A stretch of DNA of 64,000 nt from Arcobacteraceae bacterium (GCA_048268245.1 JBLWVX010000002.1:64001-128000); one strand, 5' to 3'; shown: positions 10,588 to 20,882, counted from the first letter of the stretch. The notes: a model not told the origin generated them from the letters alone. Numbers and translations: made by a program.

Positions 10588-10750
10588 AATTCTCTAATAA
10601 TTAAAATAACTCCTCCCTATTTTACCACACTGGGTAAATTTTTCACAAAAAATAGCATAAACATAACATTTTATGATTCAAGTCAAATCATTTTAAGTAA
10701 GAAAACAATATAATATATGGATTTCAATCTAAAAAAAAAGGAAGCCAAAT

Positions 10751-11254
10751 ATGTCTAATGAAACTAATAGACGAGATTTTCTTGGTTATTCATTTGCTGC
10801 TGTTGCTGCAGTAGGTGGTGCTGCGTCGCTTGTTGGTATGAAGCAAGTATGGGATCCACTTCCAAGCGTATTAGCGGGTGGTTTTACAAAAGTAGAACTA
10901 GGTGAACTAAAAGCCGGAAATCCTGTTACAATTACTTGGAGAGGAAAACCAATTTTTCTTCTTAAAAAAACTGCTGAAATGAAAAATAATGAGAGAGATT
11001 TAGTAATCGGTGATGACAGATATACTGTTGCTATTGGATTATGTACTCACTTAGGTTGTATTCCAGCATGGAAAAAAGATAAATGGAAATGTGCATGTCA
11101 CGGTGGGGAATTTAACCCTTCTGCTGAACAAATCTTCGGACCTCCTCCAAGACCACTTGACTTACCTCCATTTAGTGTACAAGGAACTTCTATTACTTTA
11201 GGTGAAGAAGGACCAGAATACAAAAAAATCGCTGCTGCGATGGCAACGGCATAA
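10751..11254 (+). CDS. petA: Ubiquinol/menaquinol-cytochrome c reductase Rieske subunit
   Basis: Tat signal RRDFL, CTHLGC and CACHG boxes, GPPPRPL. Confidence 0.97.
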   Translation: MSNETNRRDFLGYSFAAVAAVGGAASLVGMKQVWDPLPSVLAGGFTKVELGELKAGNPVTITWRGKPIFLLKKTAEMKNNERDLVIGDDRYTVAIGLCTHLGCIPAWKKDKWKCACHGGEFNPSAEQIFGPPPRPLDLPPFSVQGTSITLGEEGPEYKKIAAAMATA

Positions 11255-11264
11255 GGAGTAGTTT

Positions 11265-12515
11265 ATGGCAAAATTTGAAAAAGCTAACTCAGTTGGTGAG
11301 TGGTTAGATCAAAGACTTAATACTACAGCTTTAAACAAAGTTTTAATGACTGAGTATTGGATTCCAAAAGATATTAACTTCTTATGGGCAATGGGTGTAT
11401 TACTAGCTACTACATTTGGTATCTTAGTAGTTTCTGGTTTATTCTTAATGATGTACTACAAGCCAGATGTTGCTTTAGCGTTTGATTCTGTTAACTATAC
11501 AATTATGCAAGAAGTAGCATTTGGTTGGTTATTTAGACATATGCATGGTGTTGCTGCTTCTGTTGTATTCTTAATCATCTACATTCACATGTTTACAGGT
11601 ATCTACTATGGTTCTTATAAGCAAGGTAGAGAAATGATTTGGATTTCAGGTATGTTATTATTCATGACATTCTCTGCTGCTGGATTCTCTGGATATATGT
11701 TACCATGGGGACAAATGTCTTACTGGGCTGCAATGGTTATTACTAACTTATTTGGTGGTGTTCCAGTTATTGGTGATGCTTTAGTTGTATGGATTAGAGG
11801 TGACTTCAACGTTGCTGATGCTACATTAACTAGATTCTTCATGTTACACGTATTCTTATTACCTATTACTATTATGGGTATTATTGGGTTACACTTCTAC
11901 ACATTAAGAATTCCTCACGTTAATAACCAAAACTCTGATGAGTTTGATTTTGATGAAGAAGCTGAAAAATACTTAGCTGGTAACAAAAGAGAATCAAAAG
12001 TTATTCCTTTCTGGCCTGTATTTATTTCTAAAGATTTAGCTGTATTAGGTATTTTCTTAATCTTCTACTTCTACTTAGTATTCTTCCACTATAACTTTGC
12101 AATGGACCCAGTTAACTTCGATCCTGCTGATCCAATGGTAACTCCTGCGCATATTTACCCAGAGTGGTACTTCTTATGGTCATATGAAGTATTAAGAGGA
12201 TTCTTCTTTGATGTTGGACCTGTTAAGGCATTTGACATTGGATTAATTGCATTTGCATTTGCAAACGTTATCTTCTTAGTATTACCTTGGTTAGATAGAG
12301 ATCCAAAAATCTTACCAGCACATAAAAGACCTAAATTCTTCATTTGGTTCTGGATTTTAATGGCTGACTTAATTGTATTAACTGTATATGGAAAATTACC
12401 TCCAACAGGTGTAAATGCATGGGTTGGATTTGTAGTTGCTACATTATTCATCATTTTATTCCTTGTATTACCATTTATTACAAAAGCAGATGCTAAAAAG
12501 AGAGGAGATGCATAA
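11265..12515 (+). CDS. petB: Cytochrome b of bc1 complex
   Basis: RHMH, YIHM, GYMLPWGQMSYW, PEWY. Confidence 0.98.
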   Translation: MAKFEKANSVGEWLDQRLNTTALNKVLMTEYWIPKDINFLWAMGVLLATTFGILVVSGLFLMMYYKPDVALAFDSVNYTIMQEVAFGWLFRHMHGVAASVVFLIIYIHMFTGIYYGSYKQGREMIWISGMLLFMTFSAAGFSGYMLPWGQMSYWAAMVITNLFGGVPVIGDALVVWIRGDFNVADATLTRFFMLHVFLLPITIMGIIGLHFYTLRIPHVNNQNSDEFDFDEEAEKYLAGNKRESKVIPFWPVFISKDLAVLGIFLIFYFYLVFFHYNFAMDPVNFDPADPMVTPAHIYPEWYFLWSYEVLRGFFFDVGPVKAFDIGLIAFAFANVIFLVLPWLDRDPKILPAHKRPKFFIWFWILMADLIVLTVYGKLPPTGVNAWVGFVVATLFIILFLVLPFITKADAKKRGDA

Positions 12516-13399
12516 TGAAAGAATTAAAAATTTTAGCAGTAGTTGTAGCATTAACGCTGGTAACTTACTGGGGAGTTGAGCCATTTGCTCACTATCAAAT
12601 GTACCCTCCTATAGAACCAGCTGATTTTAAATTCTCTGATGTTCAAGAAGACGTTAAAGATGTTAAAGCTTTAAGTGGTGATGCTACAAATGGTAAAACA
12701 TTAGTTACTACTAACTGTACAGCTTGTCACTCAATTAAAACTGAGGGATTCCCACAAGTTATGGATAATGCAAGTTCAGCAGCTGCCTATGGTGTTGTTC
12801 CACCAGATTTAAGTACTGCTGGATACCTTTATAATGCAGATTATTTAGCAGCATTTATTAAAAATCCTGCTAAAGCTTCTAAAGTTGAGCATAAGTTTGA
12901 AGATGGAAGAGTTCACCCAATGCCAGGTTATGGTTGGATGCAACCACAAGAAATTGCTGATATGGTAGCTTATTTACAATCAATTGCTCCAGAAGAAATG
13001 ACAAATAAAGCAGTATTTACTAATGCTTGTCAAAGATGTCACGGTATTAAATACGCTGATATGAAAAATGGAACAATGAGTGCATTTACTCCTGATTCAG
13101 ATATTAAAAAGTACATGGGTAAATTACCTCCTGATTTATCACAATACATTAGATCTAGAGGTGAAGGATACTTAACTACATTTATTAATAATCCACAAAA
13201 ACACCTTGAAGGTACTGCAATGCCTAGAGTTGGTTTAAATGAAGATTCTCAAAAGCAAGTTATTACTTACATGGAAGAAGTTGGTGATACAAGTAAAGAT
13301 GAAAGATCTGAATTAGGACCTAAATTCTTAATTTACTTTGTAATCTTTGCAATCTTCGCATTCTTATGGAAGAAAAAAATGTGGAGAGATGTTCATTAA
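12515..13399 (+). CDS. petC: Diheme cytochrome c1-equivalent subunit
   Basis: CTACH and CQRCH, two PPDLS motifs, C-terminal TM anchor, follows petB with TAATG overlap. Confidence 0.93.
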   Translation: MKELKILAVVVALTLVTYWGVEPFAHYQMYPPIEPADFKFSDVQEDVKDVKALSGDATNGKTLVTTNCTACHSIKTEGFPQVMDNASSAAAYGVVPPDLSTAGYLYNADYLAAFIKNPAKASKVEHKFEDGRVHPMPGYGWMQPQEIADMVAYLQSIAPEEMTNKAVFTNACQRCHGIKYADMKNGTMSAFTPDSDIKKYMGKLPPDLSQYIRSRGEGYLTTFINNPQKHLEGTAMPRVGLNEDSQKQVITYMEEVGDTSKDERSELGPKFLIYFVIFAIFAFLWKKKMWRDVH

Positions 13400-13412
13400 G
13401 AACTCTTAAGAT

Positions 13413-13441
13413 AAAAAGGTTAGGTAGCCCTAACCTTTTTT
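13413..13441 (+). terminator. Intrinsic terminator of petABC
   Basis: AAAAAGGTTAGG-tagc-CCTAACCTTTTTT. Confidence 0.85.
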
Positions 13442-13466
13442 AATAAAAAATCATAAAGGAAACCAA

Positions 13467-13862
13467 ATGAAACTAGCAAAATTATTAGTTGCATGTACAT
13501 TAGCTTTTGGTGTTGCTAATGCTCAAGATGTTATGCAAAAATCTATGTCTATCATGGAAAAAGGTATGACTCAAATTCAAAAAGGTTTTTTAAATAACAA
13601 CCTTGAATTAATCAAAGAAGGTTCTGCTTTAGTAAAAGAAGGAAATGAACTTTTCTCTGACAAGAAAGTTATTAAAAACTATTTACCAGAAAACAAAAAA
13701 CACTTAGTTAATGTTGCTGCTGCGGCAAGTGAGAGAATTAACTTAGACTTAACTGTTTTAGAATTAAATTTAGACGAAAAAGCATATTTAAATGCTGCTG
13801 ATGCATATTCTGATATGTTAAATGCATGTTCTAGATGTCACTCAATTGTAAGAAGCTGGTAA
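13467..13862 (+). CDS. Periplasmic class II (c'-like) monoheme cytochrome c
   Basis: Signal peptide ending ANA, helical body, C-terminal CSRCH. Confidence 0.8.
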   Translation: MKLAKLLVACTLAFGVANAQDVMQKSMSIMEKGMTQIQKGFLNNNLELIKEGSALVKEGNELFSDKKVIKNYLPENKKHLVNVAAAASERINLDLTVLELNLDEKAYLNAADAYSDMLNACSRCHSIVRSW

Positions 13863-13880
13863 TAATTTATTATTAGCATA

Positions 13881-13915
13881 AAAAAAAGCCAAGCTTTAAA
13901 AACTTGGCTTTTTTT
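13881..13915. terminator. Bidirectional terminator between convergent genes
   Basis: AAAAAAAGCCAAG-loop-CTTGGCTTTTTTT. Confidence 0.85.
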
Positions 13916-14585
13916 ATATCAATATTTTTGAACTTGCACTTATTACTGCAGTTTCACTACGTAATATTAAACTTGATTTAAAACCTACTACTTTTTCTTT
14001 ATCAAAAGTAATTCTTTCATCATCTGAAAAACCACCTTCACAACCAATTATTAAAGTTTTAATATCATCTCTTTTAGTTTCGATATTTGTTTGGGAAAAG
14101 TCTAAAAAGTATGAATTAGGATTTTGCTTTAAAAACTCTTCTAAGCTATTACAAATATCTAATTTTATAATAGATGATCTTCCACATTGACTAGAAGAGT
14201 TATATAAAATTCTATTTAACTTTTCAATATTAACTTTAAAGTTCTTTTGTGAAAATTCACAATAAACAAATGTAATTTTATCTACACCTAGTTCATTTAA
14301 AGAAGCTATATTTTTTTCAATAGTTTTTGGATCAACCATACACCAAGCAAGGTGCAATTTTTTATCATTTTCAACTATTTTCTCTTCATAACTAACAAGA
14401 GATAAATTAGCATCTTTTCTCCCAATTGACTCTAATTTATATAGATAAACAAAACTATCATTTAAATTCCTAAAGTAGATTTCATCCCCTACTTTATGTC
14501 TTCTAGCTTTTATTAAATATTTATATGTGTCATTATTAATTATAAGATTTGATTCTTTAGCATCCTCATGATAAGAAAATTGCAT
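13914..14585 (-). CDS. rsmE: 16S rRNA m3U1498 methyltransferase
   Basis: ELGV, SSQCGR, IIGCEGGFS, ILRSETA. Confidence 0.93.
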   Translation of the reverse strand: MQFSYHEDAKESNLIINNDTYKYLIKARRHKVGDEIYFRNLNDSFVYLYKLESIGRKDANLSLVSYEEKIVENDKKLHLAWCMVDPKTIEKNIASLNELGVDKITFVYCEFSQKNFKVNIEKLNRILYNSSSQCGRSSIIKLDICNSLEEFLKQNPNSYFLDFSQTNIETKRDDIKTLIIGCEGGFSDDERITFDKEKVVGFKSSLILRSETAVISASSKILI

Positions 14586-14587
14586 TC

Positions 14588-14992
14588 TTAAAATACCTTA
14601 CTAATTATATAAATCGAAACTAATACCATAATTTCAATAGTATAAATTTTTCTTGCATATTTATAGAAGTCTTCTTGAAGTTCTTTATCACCACTTTTAA
14701 TAACTCTCATTTTTTTATATCTTTTAATTTCTATAACTAAAAGGAATATTGAAGTTGGTATCATAATAAAAATTGTAAAACTCATTGCATGAGCATAAAA
14801 AGCAACAATTGCTCCTGTATACATTACAATTGCATTTGTTAAGTGATATAAAGGAGTCATGAATTTTAGTCTTTTTGCTAATTTCATAAAATCTTTTACA
14901 CTAACAACTGAGTAAAGGTTAAATAACATAATTGCTAAAAAAAAGTAAATTGTATATACGTGTGTCGTAATCGCACTTTGCATTAATTCCAT
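14588..14992 (-). CDS. Small integral membrane protein, unknown function
   Basis: 134 aa with about 4 hydrophobic segments; abuts rsmE. Confidence 0.7.
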   Translation of the reverse strand: MELMQSAITTHVYTIYFFLAIMLFNLYSVVSVKDFMKLAKRLKFMTPLYHLTNAIVMYTGAIVAFYAHAMSFTIFIMIPTSIFLLVIEIKRYKKMRVIKSGDKELQEDFYKYARKIYTIEIMVLVSIYIISKVF

Positions 14993-15077
14993 CTTTGTTT
15001 ATCTCACTTTTAAAAAATTTCGCTATTATATCTAACTTGTCATAAGTTTTTTATTTTAAATATCAAAAGGAATAATA

Positions 15078-16301
15078 ATGGCTATTAGTGTAGAAGATAC
15101 TATAAATATTATTTCACAACTTCAACTAAAACAAAATTTTGAAATCATACCAATCGAAGATGCTTTAAATAGAGTTTGTGCCCAAAATATTTATGCAACA
15201 TCAAGTTTGCCTAAGTTTAACAACTCTGCAATGGACGGGTATGCGATACTATATGAAAACAAAGATGAAGATTTAGAAGTTATTGATACTGTATTCGCAG
15301 GAGATAACAATACTACCTTACTTAAAGATAACTGTTGTGTAAAAATAATGACAGGAGCAAGAGTTCCAGATAATACAACAGCGATTATTCCTAAAGAAGA
15401 TACACATAAACTTAATGATAATCAAATTAAAATTACAAAAAATGTAAAAGAATTTCAACATATTAGATATATTGGCGAAGATATAAAAGAAGAAGAACTT
15501 TTAATAAAAATAGGTGAAAATATAAATTTCTCGAGAATAACACTATTATCTTCTCAAGGAATTAGTCACATAAAAGTTTACAAAAAACCAAAAATTGTTG
15601 TTTTTTCAAGTGGAGAAGAATTAAAACTTCATTATGAAAAAATTCAAGACCATCAAATATATAATTCTAATACTCCAACATTAATCGCAAGAGCTAAAGA
15701 GTTAGGTTGTGATGTAACATTTATTGGTCAAGCTAAAGACTCAGTAGATGCAATAAAAGAATTAATTGAAAACTCTTTAGATGCAAATTTAATTATAACA
15801 TCAGGTGGAGTATCAGTGGGAGATGCTGATTTTACAAAAGAGGCTTTTAATGAGCTTAATTTTGAAACAATTTTTGATGGAATCATAATAAAACCTGGAA
15901 AACCAACAGTCTTTGGAAAAATTGGCAATACTTTAATACTTAACTTACCTGGTAATCCCCTAGCAAGTGCTATGATTTTTGAAATGTTTGGAAAATTAAT
16001 AATTCAAAAACTTTTAGGTTCAAATAAAACCTATCCAAACTACATCAAATCAAAAATATCACAAGATTTAAAAAATAAATCTGGAAGAATTACTTTAGTT
16101 CCAGGTTTTTTTGATGGAGAATCATTTAATGTATGTGAAAAAAGAAGTCCAGGAATGGTATCAACACTATCTAATTGTAACAGTATGATAGCTTTAAATG
16201 AAAATGTAGATTTTTTAAAAGAGAATTCAAAAGTTAAAGTTCTTCCTATAAATTGGAAATTTTTTACAGAAATAAAAAAGGATTTTTTAACAAATGAGTA
16301 G
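15078..16301 (+). CDS. moeA: Molybdopterin molybdotransferase
   Basis: SAMDGYA, IMTGA, SSGEEL, TSGGVSVGDAD, KPGKP, LPGNP. Confidence 0.96.
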   Translation: MAISVEDTINIISQLQLKQNFEIIPIEDALNRVCAQNIYATSSLPKFNNSAMDGYAILYENKDEDLEVIDTVFAGDNNTTLLKDNCCVKIMTGARVPDNTTAIIPKEDTHKLNDNQIKITKNVKEFQHIRYIGEDIKEEELLIKIGENINFSRITLLSSQGISHIKVYKKPKIVVFSSGEELKLHYEKIQDHQIYNSNTPTLIARAKELGCDVTFIGQAKDSVDAIKELIENSLDANLIITSGGVSVGDADFTKEAFNELNFETIFDGIIIKPGKPTVFGKIGNTLILNLPGNPLASAMIFEMFGKLIIQKLLGSNKTYPNYIKSKISQDLKNKSGRITLVPGFFDGESFNVCEKRSPGMVSTLSNCNSMIALNENVDFLKENSKVKVLPINWKFFTEIKKDFLTNE

Positions 16302-16977
16302 CAAATCAAATAAAAAAGCAATTTGTATTTTAAGTGGAGGTATGGATTCCACTTTAGCTTCTTATATAGCAAAAAATGATGGTTATGAAATTATTGCAGT
16401 TCATTTTAACTATGGACAAAGAACAGAAAAAAGGGAATTAGAAGCCTTTAGAAATATTTGTGACGATTTGGAAATTAATGAAAAATATGAAATTGATATT
16501 CCATTTTTTACACAAATAGGAGCAAGTGCTTTAACTGATAAAGATATTGATGTACCAACAGGTGGAGTTGAAGCAGGAGTTCCAATTACTTATGTGCCAT
16601 TTAGAAATGGTATCTTTTTATCAATTACTGCTGCAATTGCAGAAAAAGAAGAAGCTACAGCTATGTATATAGGAGTTGTTCAAGAAGATAGTTCTGGTTA
16701 TCCTGATTGTACAGATAAGTTTATTGCTGATATTACAAAAGCTATTAATCAAGGAACAAAAGAGTCAACAAATATAGAGATAAAAACTCCTTTAGTACAC
16801 TTAAGTAAGGCTCAAATTGTATCAAAAGCTATTGAATTAGATGTTCCATTAAAGCATACTTGGTCTTGTTATAAAGAAGAAGATGAAGCTTGTGGTCTTT
16901 GTGATTCATGTAGATTAAGACTAAATGGTTTTAATCTTGCAAATACAAAAGACCCTATACCATATAAGGTTTTATAA
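16294..16977 (+). CDS. queC: 7-cyano-7-deazaguanine synthase
   Basis: SGGMDS, NYGQR, TYVPFRN, GYPDC, TWSCY..CGLCDSC. Confidence 0.97.
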   Translation: MSSKSNKKAICILSGGMDSTLASYIAKNDGYEIIAVHFNYGQRTEKRELEAFRNICDDLEINEKYEIDIPFFTQIGASALTDKDIDVPTGGVEAGVPITYVPFRNGIFLSITAAIAEKEEATAMYIGVVQEDSSGYPDCTDKFIADITKAINQGTKESTNIEIKTPLVHLSKAQIVSKAIELDVPLKHTWSCYKEEDEACGLCDSCRLRLNGFNLANTKDPIPYKVL

Positions 16978-17510
16978 TGAAATGGAAAATATCAAAAGAG
17001 TTTGATTTTTGTTATGGACATAGAGTATGGTCACAAACTTTAAATACTGAATTTTCATTAGATGGATGTTTAAAATGTAGACACCTACATGGTCACCAAG
17101 GGAAAATATTAATTTATTTAGAAGCAGATGAATTAAAAGATGGAATGGTAACTGATTTTAAACACCTAAATTGGTTTAAAGCTTTTTTAGATGATGTACT
17201 TGATCATAAATTTATTTTAGATATAAATGACCCTTTATACTCTAAACTTTTATCAGATGTGCAAAAAGAAGAACTTGTAAAGTTTGATGAAGATTATTAT
17301 TTAGTTGATTTAACAAAATTTAAAGATGAAGAATCCTATTTAATTGAACTATATGAAGGTTATGTTTTAGTTGATTTTGTACCAACAAGTGAAAATCTAT
17401 CAGCTTGGTTTTTAAAAATTGTACAAAAAAAGATGGATAAATTAGGTGTAAAAGTATCTCATGTTGAGTTTTTAGAAACACCTAAGAGTAAAAGCACGTT
17501 TTATGCTTGA
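16977..17510 (+). CDS. queD: 6-carboxytetrahydropterin synthase (long form)
   Basis: CRHLHGH, GMVTDF, LDHKF, PTSENL, ETP; lies between queC and queE. Confidence 0.92.
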   Translation: MKWKISKEFDFCYGHRVWSQTLNTEFSLDGCLKCRHLHGHQGKILIYLEADELKDGMVTDFKHLNWFKAFLDDVLDHKFILDINDPLYSKLLSDVQKEELVKFDEDYYLVDLTKFKDEESYLIELYEGYVLVDFVPTSENLSAWFLKIVQKKMDKLGVKVSHVEFLETPKSKSTFYA

Positions 17511-18267
17511 GATAAATGAGATTTTTGGTCCTACAATTCAAGGAGAAGGAAAACTTGTAGGAACGCCTTCTGTATTTATTAGATTTGGAAAATGTAACTT
17601 TAAATGTGTAGGCTTCAATGTAGAATATGAAACACCAAGTGGAATAAAAAAATGTGCTTGTGATACATATTATGCAGTTGATCCAGAGTTTAAAGAATCA
17701 TGGACTAAATATAAAACATATGATGAAATTGTAAATGAAGTAGATAAGTTAACTAATCTTTATGACTATGATTATAAAATGGATATAGTTATAACAGGAG
17801 GTGAGCCATTGCTTTACTGGAACAAAAAAGAGTTTCAAAATCTTCTTAAACACTATATAAACAATGGTCATCAAGTAACTATTGAAACAAATGCTTCTTT
17901 AAATCTAAACTTTACAGAAGAGTATCAAAAAAAGATCTTATTTTCAATGAGTGTAAAACTAAGTAATTCTCTAGAGCCACTTAAAAAAAGAGTTAATTAC
18001 GAAACTTTAGAAAAAGTTTTGACAAATACAAAAGACTCTTATTTAAAATTTGTAATAAATAAAGATTTTATGCAAAAGGCTCAAGAAGAAATCAAAACAA
18101 TACTATCAAATATCCCTAGATGTGAAGTTTATCTAATGCCAATGGGTGATGATGCTAAAACTATAAATGAAAATGATGAAGCAGTAATTAACATGGCAAT
18201 TAAAAATGGTTTTAAATATTGTGATAGGCTGCATATAAGAGTATGGAACAATAAAAGAGGAGTTTAA
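17503..18267 (+). CDS. queE: 7-carboxy-7-deazaguanine synthase (radical SAM)
   Basis: EIFGPTIQGEG, FIRFGKCNFKC..CDT, ITGGEP, IETN, RLH. Confidence 0.94.
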   Translation: MLEINEIFGPTIQGEGKLVGTPSVFIRFGKCNFKCVGFNVEYETPSGIKKCACDTYYAVDPEFKESWTKYKTYDEIVNEVDKLTNLYDYDYKMDIVITGGEPLLYWNKKEFQNLLKHYINNGHQVTIETNASLNLNFTEEYQKKILFSMSVKLSNSLEPLKKRVNYETLEKVLTNTKDSYLKFVINKDFMQKAQEEIKTILSNIPRCEVYLMPMGDDAKTINENDEAVINMAIKNGFKYCDRLHIRVWNNKRGV

Positions 18268-18350
18268 AAAAGCTCAATAATCTTTTTATATAAAAACTTG
18301 CGATATAATACGCAAATTTTTTGAAATTTACTAAACGAAAAAGGAATAAT

Positions 18351-19094
18351 ATGAATTTTACAGGTTCAAATGTATTAGTTACAGGAGCTAGTAGAGGAAT
18401 TGGTGCTCAAATTGCTAGAACTCTAGCTAGTTATGGTTTAAAAGTTTGGATTAACTATAGAAGTGGAGCCGAAGCTGCTGAAAAAATCAAAGAAGAGATT
18501 GAAGCTGCTGGAGGAAAAGCTGCTATAGTAAAAGCAGATGTAACTAGCGAAGAAGAGTTTACGGCTGCAATTAAAACTGTAATTGATGCAGATGGTGAAC
18601 TATCATATTTAGTAAATAATGCAGGTATTACAAGAGATAAATTAGCATTAAGAATGTCAGTTGAAGATTTCAATGATGTAATTTCTGCAAACTTAACATC
18701 TGCATTTATTGGATGTAAAGCATCATTAAAAGTAATGGGTAAAAAAAGATTTGGTTCTATTGTAAATATTTCTTCAATTGTTGGAGAAATGGGAAATCCT
18801 GGTCAAACAAATTATTCAGCTTCAAAAGGTGGATTAAATGCTATGACTAAATCATTTGCAAAAGAGGCTGCGGCTAGAGGTATTAGATACAATGCAGTAA
18901 CTCCTGGATTTATTCAAACAGATATGACTGATGAATTAAAAGATGATGTAAAAGCTGAATATGAAAAAAATATTCCATTATCAAGATTTGGTCAACCAAA
19001 AGAAATTGCCGATGCAGTAGCGTTTTTATTAAGTGATCACTCTTCATATATTACAGGTGAGATTTTAAAAGTAAATGGTGGTTTATACGTTTAG
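18351..19094 (+). CDS. fabG: 3-oxoacyl-ACP reductase
   Basis: TGASRGIG, NNAGITRD, NYSASK; SD AAGGA before ATG 18351. Confidence 0.97.
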   Translation: MNFTGSNVLVTGASRGIGAQIARTLASYGLKVWINYRSGAEAAEKIKEEIEAAGGKAAIVKADVTSEEEFTAAIKTVIDADGELSYLVNNAGITRDKLALRMSVEDFNDVISANLTSAFIGCKASLKVMGKKRFGSIVNISSIVGEMGNPGQTNYSASKGGLNAMTKSFAKEAAARGIRYNAVTPGFIQTDMTDELKDDVKAEYEKNIPLSRFGQPKEIADAVAFLLSDHSSYITGEILKVNGGLYV

Positions 19095-19187
19095 AACTTT
19101 AATCTAAACTAAAATTTTATAATTTAAAAGACTTTTTAAAATCTTTTTAGTTATAATACATAGATAATTTTATAAAAGGAAATAAAT

Positions 19188-19418
19188 ATGGCATTATTAG
19201 ATGATGTAAAAGAAGTAGTAGTTGAGCAATTAGATTGTGATGCAGCTGAAATTAAAGAAGATTCAAAGTTTATCGAAGATTTAGGTGCAGATTCGCTTGA
19301 CGTAGTTGAGTTAGTAATGGCTTTAGAAGAAAAATTCGATATCGAAATCCCTGATGAAGATGCTGAAGGAATCTTAACTGTTTCTGATGCTATTAAATAC
19401 ATCGAAAATAACGCGTAA
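19188..19418 (+). CDS. acpP: Acyl carrier protein
   Basis: [18 protein letters not shown]. Confidence 0.99.
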   Translation: MALLDDVKEVVVEQLDCDAAEIKEDSKFIEDLGADSLDVVELVMALEEKFDIEIPDEDAEGILTVSDAIKYIENNA

Positions 19419-19436
19419 TTTATACGCTTAAGTTTC

Positions 19437-19468
19437 ATAGAAGACTAATTATATTAGTCTTCTATTTT
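19437..19468 (+). terminator. Hairpin after acpP (terminator or mRNA-stabilising stem)
   Basis: ATAGAAGACTAAT-tat-ATTAGTCTTCTATTTT. Confidence 0.7.
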
Positions 19469-19549
19469 AATTACATAAATTTTAATTATTGAATTTTTTA
19501 ATATAATAAAAGATTGAATAGTTTAAATAATAAATACGGAGCATTTTTA

Positions 19550-20809
19550 ATGAAAAGAGTTGTTGTAACTGGTTTAGGTACTATTAATTCTATTGGACAT
19601 AATGTAGAAGAATCATTTAACGCGGCAGTAGCAGGTAAATGTGGAATTGATACAATCACACTATTTGACGCAAGTGAGTTTCCTGTAAAGATTGCAGGTG
19701 AAGTAAAAGATTTTGATCCTACAACAGTAATGGATAAAAAAGAAGTTAAAAAAGCGGATAGATTTATTCAACTAGGGATAAAAGCTGCTAAAGAAGCAAT
19801 GATAGACTCAGGTTTTGTTACAGATGAAAACAAAAAAGTAAGTGATGCTGATTCTTCAAGATTTGGAATTATCTCAGCTTCTGGAATTGGTGGATTAGGA
19901 ACAATCCAAAAAAACTCAGTTGTATGTGAAAATAGAGGTCCAAAAAGAATTTCTCCTTTCTTTATTCCTTCATCATTAGTAAATATGTTAAGTGGATTCA
20001 TTTCAATTGAGCATGGATTAAAAGGTCCTTCCTTATCTCATGTAACAGCTTGTGCAGCGTCTACTCATGCTTTAAATGATGCTGTAAAAACAATTGCTAC
20101 AAATGGTGCTGATAGAATTTTAGTTGTTGGTGCTGAATCTGCAATTTGTGGTGCAGGTATGGGTGGATTTGCTTCAATGAAAGCATTATCTTCAAGAAAT
20201 GATGAGCCTAAAAAAGCTTCAAGACCATTTGACAAAGATAGAGATGGTTTTGTAATGGGTGAAGGTTCAGGAGCTATTGTTGTTGAAACATTAGAATCAG
20301 CACAAGCTAGAGGAGCAAAAATCTATTGTGAAATCATTGGGTTTGGTGAATCAGGTGATGCAAATCATATTACTGCTCCTGTAATGGATGGTCCACTAAG
20401 ATCTATGAAAGCAGCACTTTCTATGGCTGAATCAATAACTGGTGAAAAAATCAAAATTGATTACATCAATTCTCATGGTACATCTACTCCTGTTGGTGAT
20501 GTAAATGAATCAAAAGCAATTGCTGAATTATTTGGTGGAGAAGAAAACTGTCCTCCTGTAACTTCAACAAAAGGTCAAGTTGGTCACTGTTTAGGTGCTG
20601 CTGGTGCTATTGAAGCAATTTTCGCAATTAAATCATTAAATGAGGGTGTAATCCCTCCAACAATCAATCTTGATAATCAAGATGAAGAATGTAAATTAGA
20701 TTATGTTCCAAATGTAGCAAGAAAAGTTGAGTTAACTACTGTTATGAGTAACAACTTTGGATTTGGTGGAACAAATGGAAGTGTTATTTTCAAGAAATTT
20801 GAAGCATAA
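19550..20809 (+). CDS. fabF: Beta-ketoacyl-ACP synthase II
   Basis: RVVVTGLG, TACAAS, HGTST, GHCLGAAG, NNFGFGGTN; SD GGAG before ATG 19550. Confidence 0.97.
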   Translation: MKRVVVTGLGTINSIGHNVEESFNAAVAGKCGIDTITLFDASEFPVKIAGEVKDFDPTTVMDKKEVKKADRFIQLGIKAAKEAMIDSGFVTDENKKVSDADSSRFGIISASGIGGLGTIQKNSVVCENRGPKRISPFFIPSSLVNMLSGFISIEHGLKGPSLSHVTACAASTHALNDAVKTIATNGADRILVVGAESAICGAGMGGFASMKALSSRNDEPKKASRPFDKDRDGFVMGEGSGAIVVETLESAQARGAKIYCEIIGFGESGDANHITAPVMDGPLRSMKAALSMAESITGEKIKIDYINSHGTSTPVGDVNESKAIAELFGGEENCPPVTSTKGQVGHCLGAAGAIEAIFAIKSLNEGVIPPTINLDNQDEECKLDYVPNVARKVELTTVMSNNFGFGGTNGSVIFKKFEA

Positions 20810-20834
20810 CAACAAATAAAGAATTAATCTAATC

Positions 20835-20867
20835 AAAAAGAGCTAGTAACACTAGCTCTTTTTTTTT
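20835..20867 (+). terminator. Intrinsic terminator after fabF
   Basis: AAAAAGAGCTAGT-aac-ACTAGCTCTTTTTTTTT. Confidence 0.85.
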
Positions 20868-20882
20868 AAAGGGAGTAATAAC

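Noticed and set aside
10751..13399. Diheme PetC and a Rieske protein lacking the Ser/Tyr H-bond residues
   Set aside because: These are known traits of menaquinol-oxidising bc complexes in this phylum.
15078..18267. queCDE as a 7-deazaguanine DNA-modification (dpd) system
   Set aside because: No dpdA/tgt paralog or island features nearby; the housekeeping context fits tRNA queuosine synthesis.
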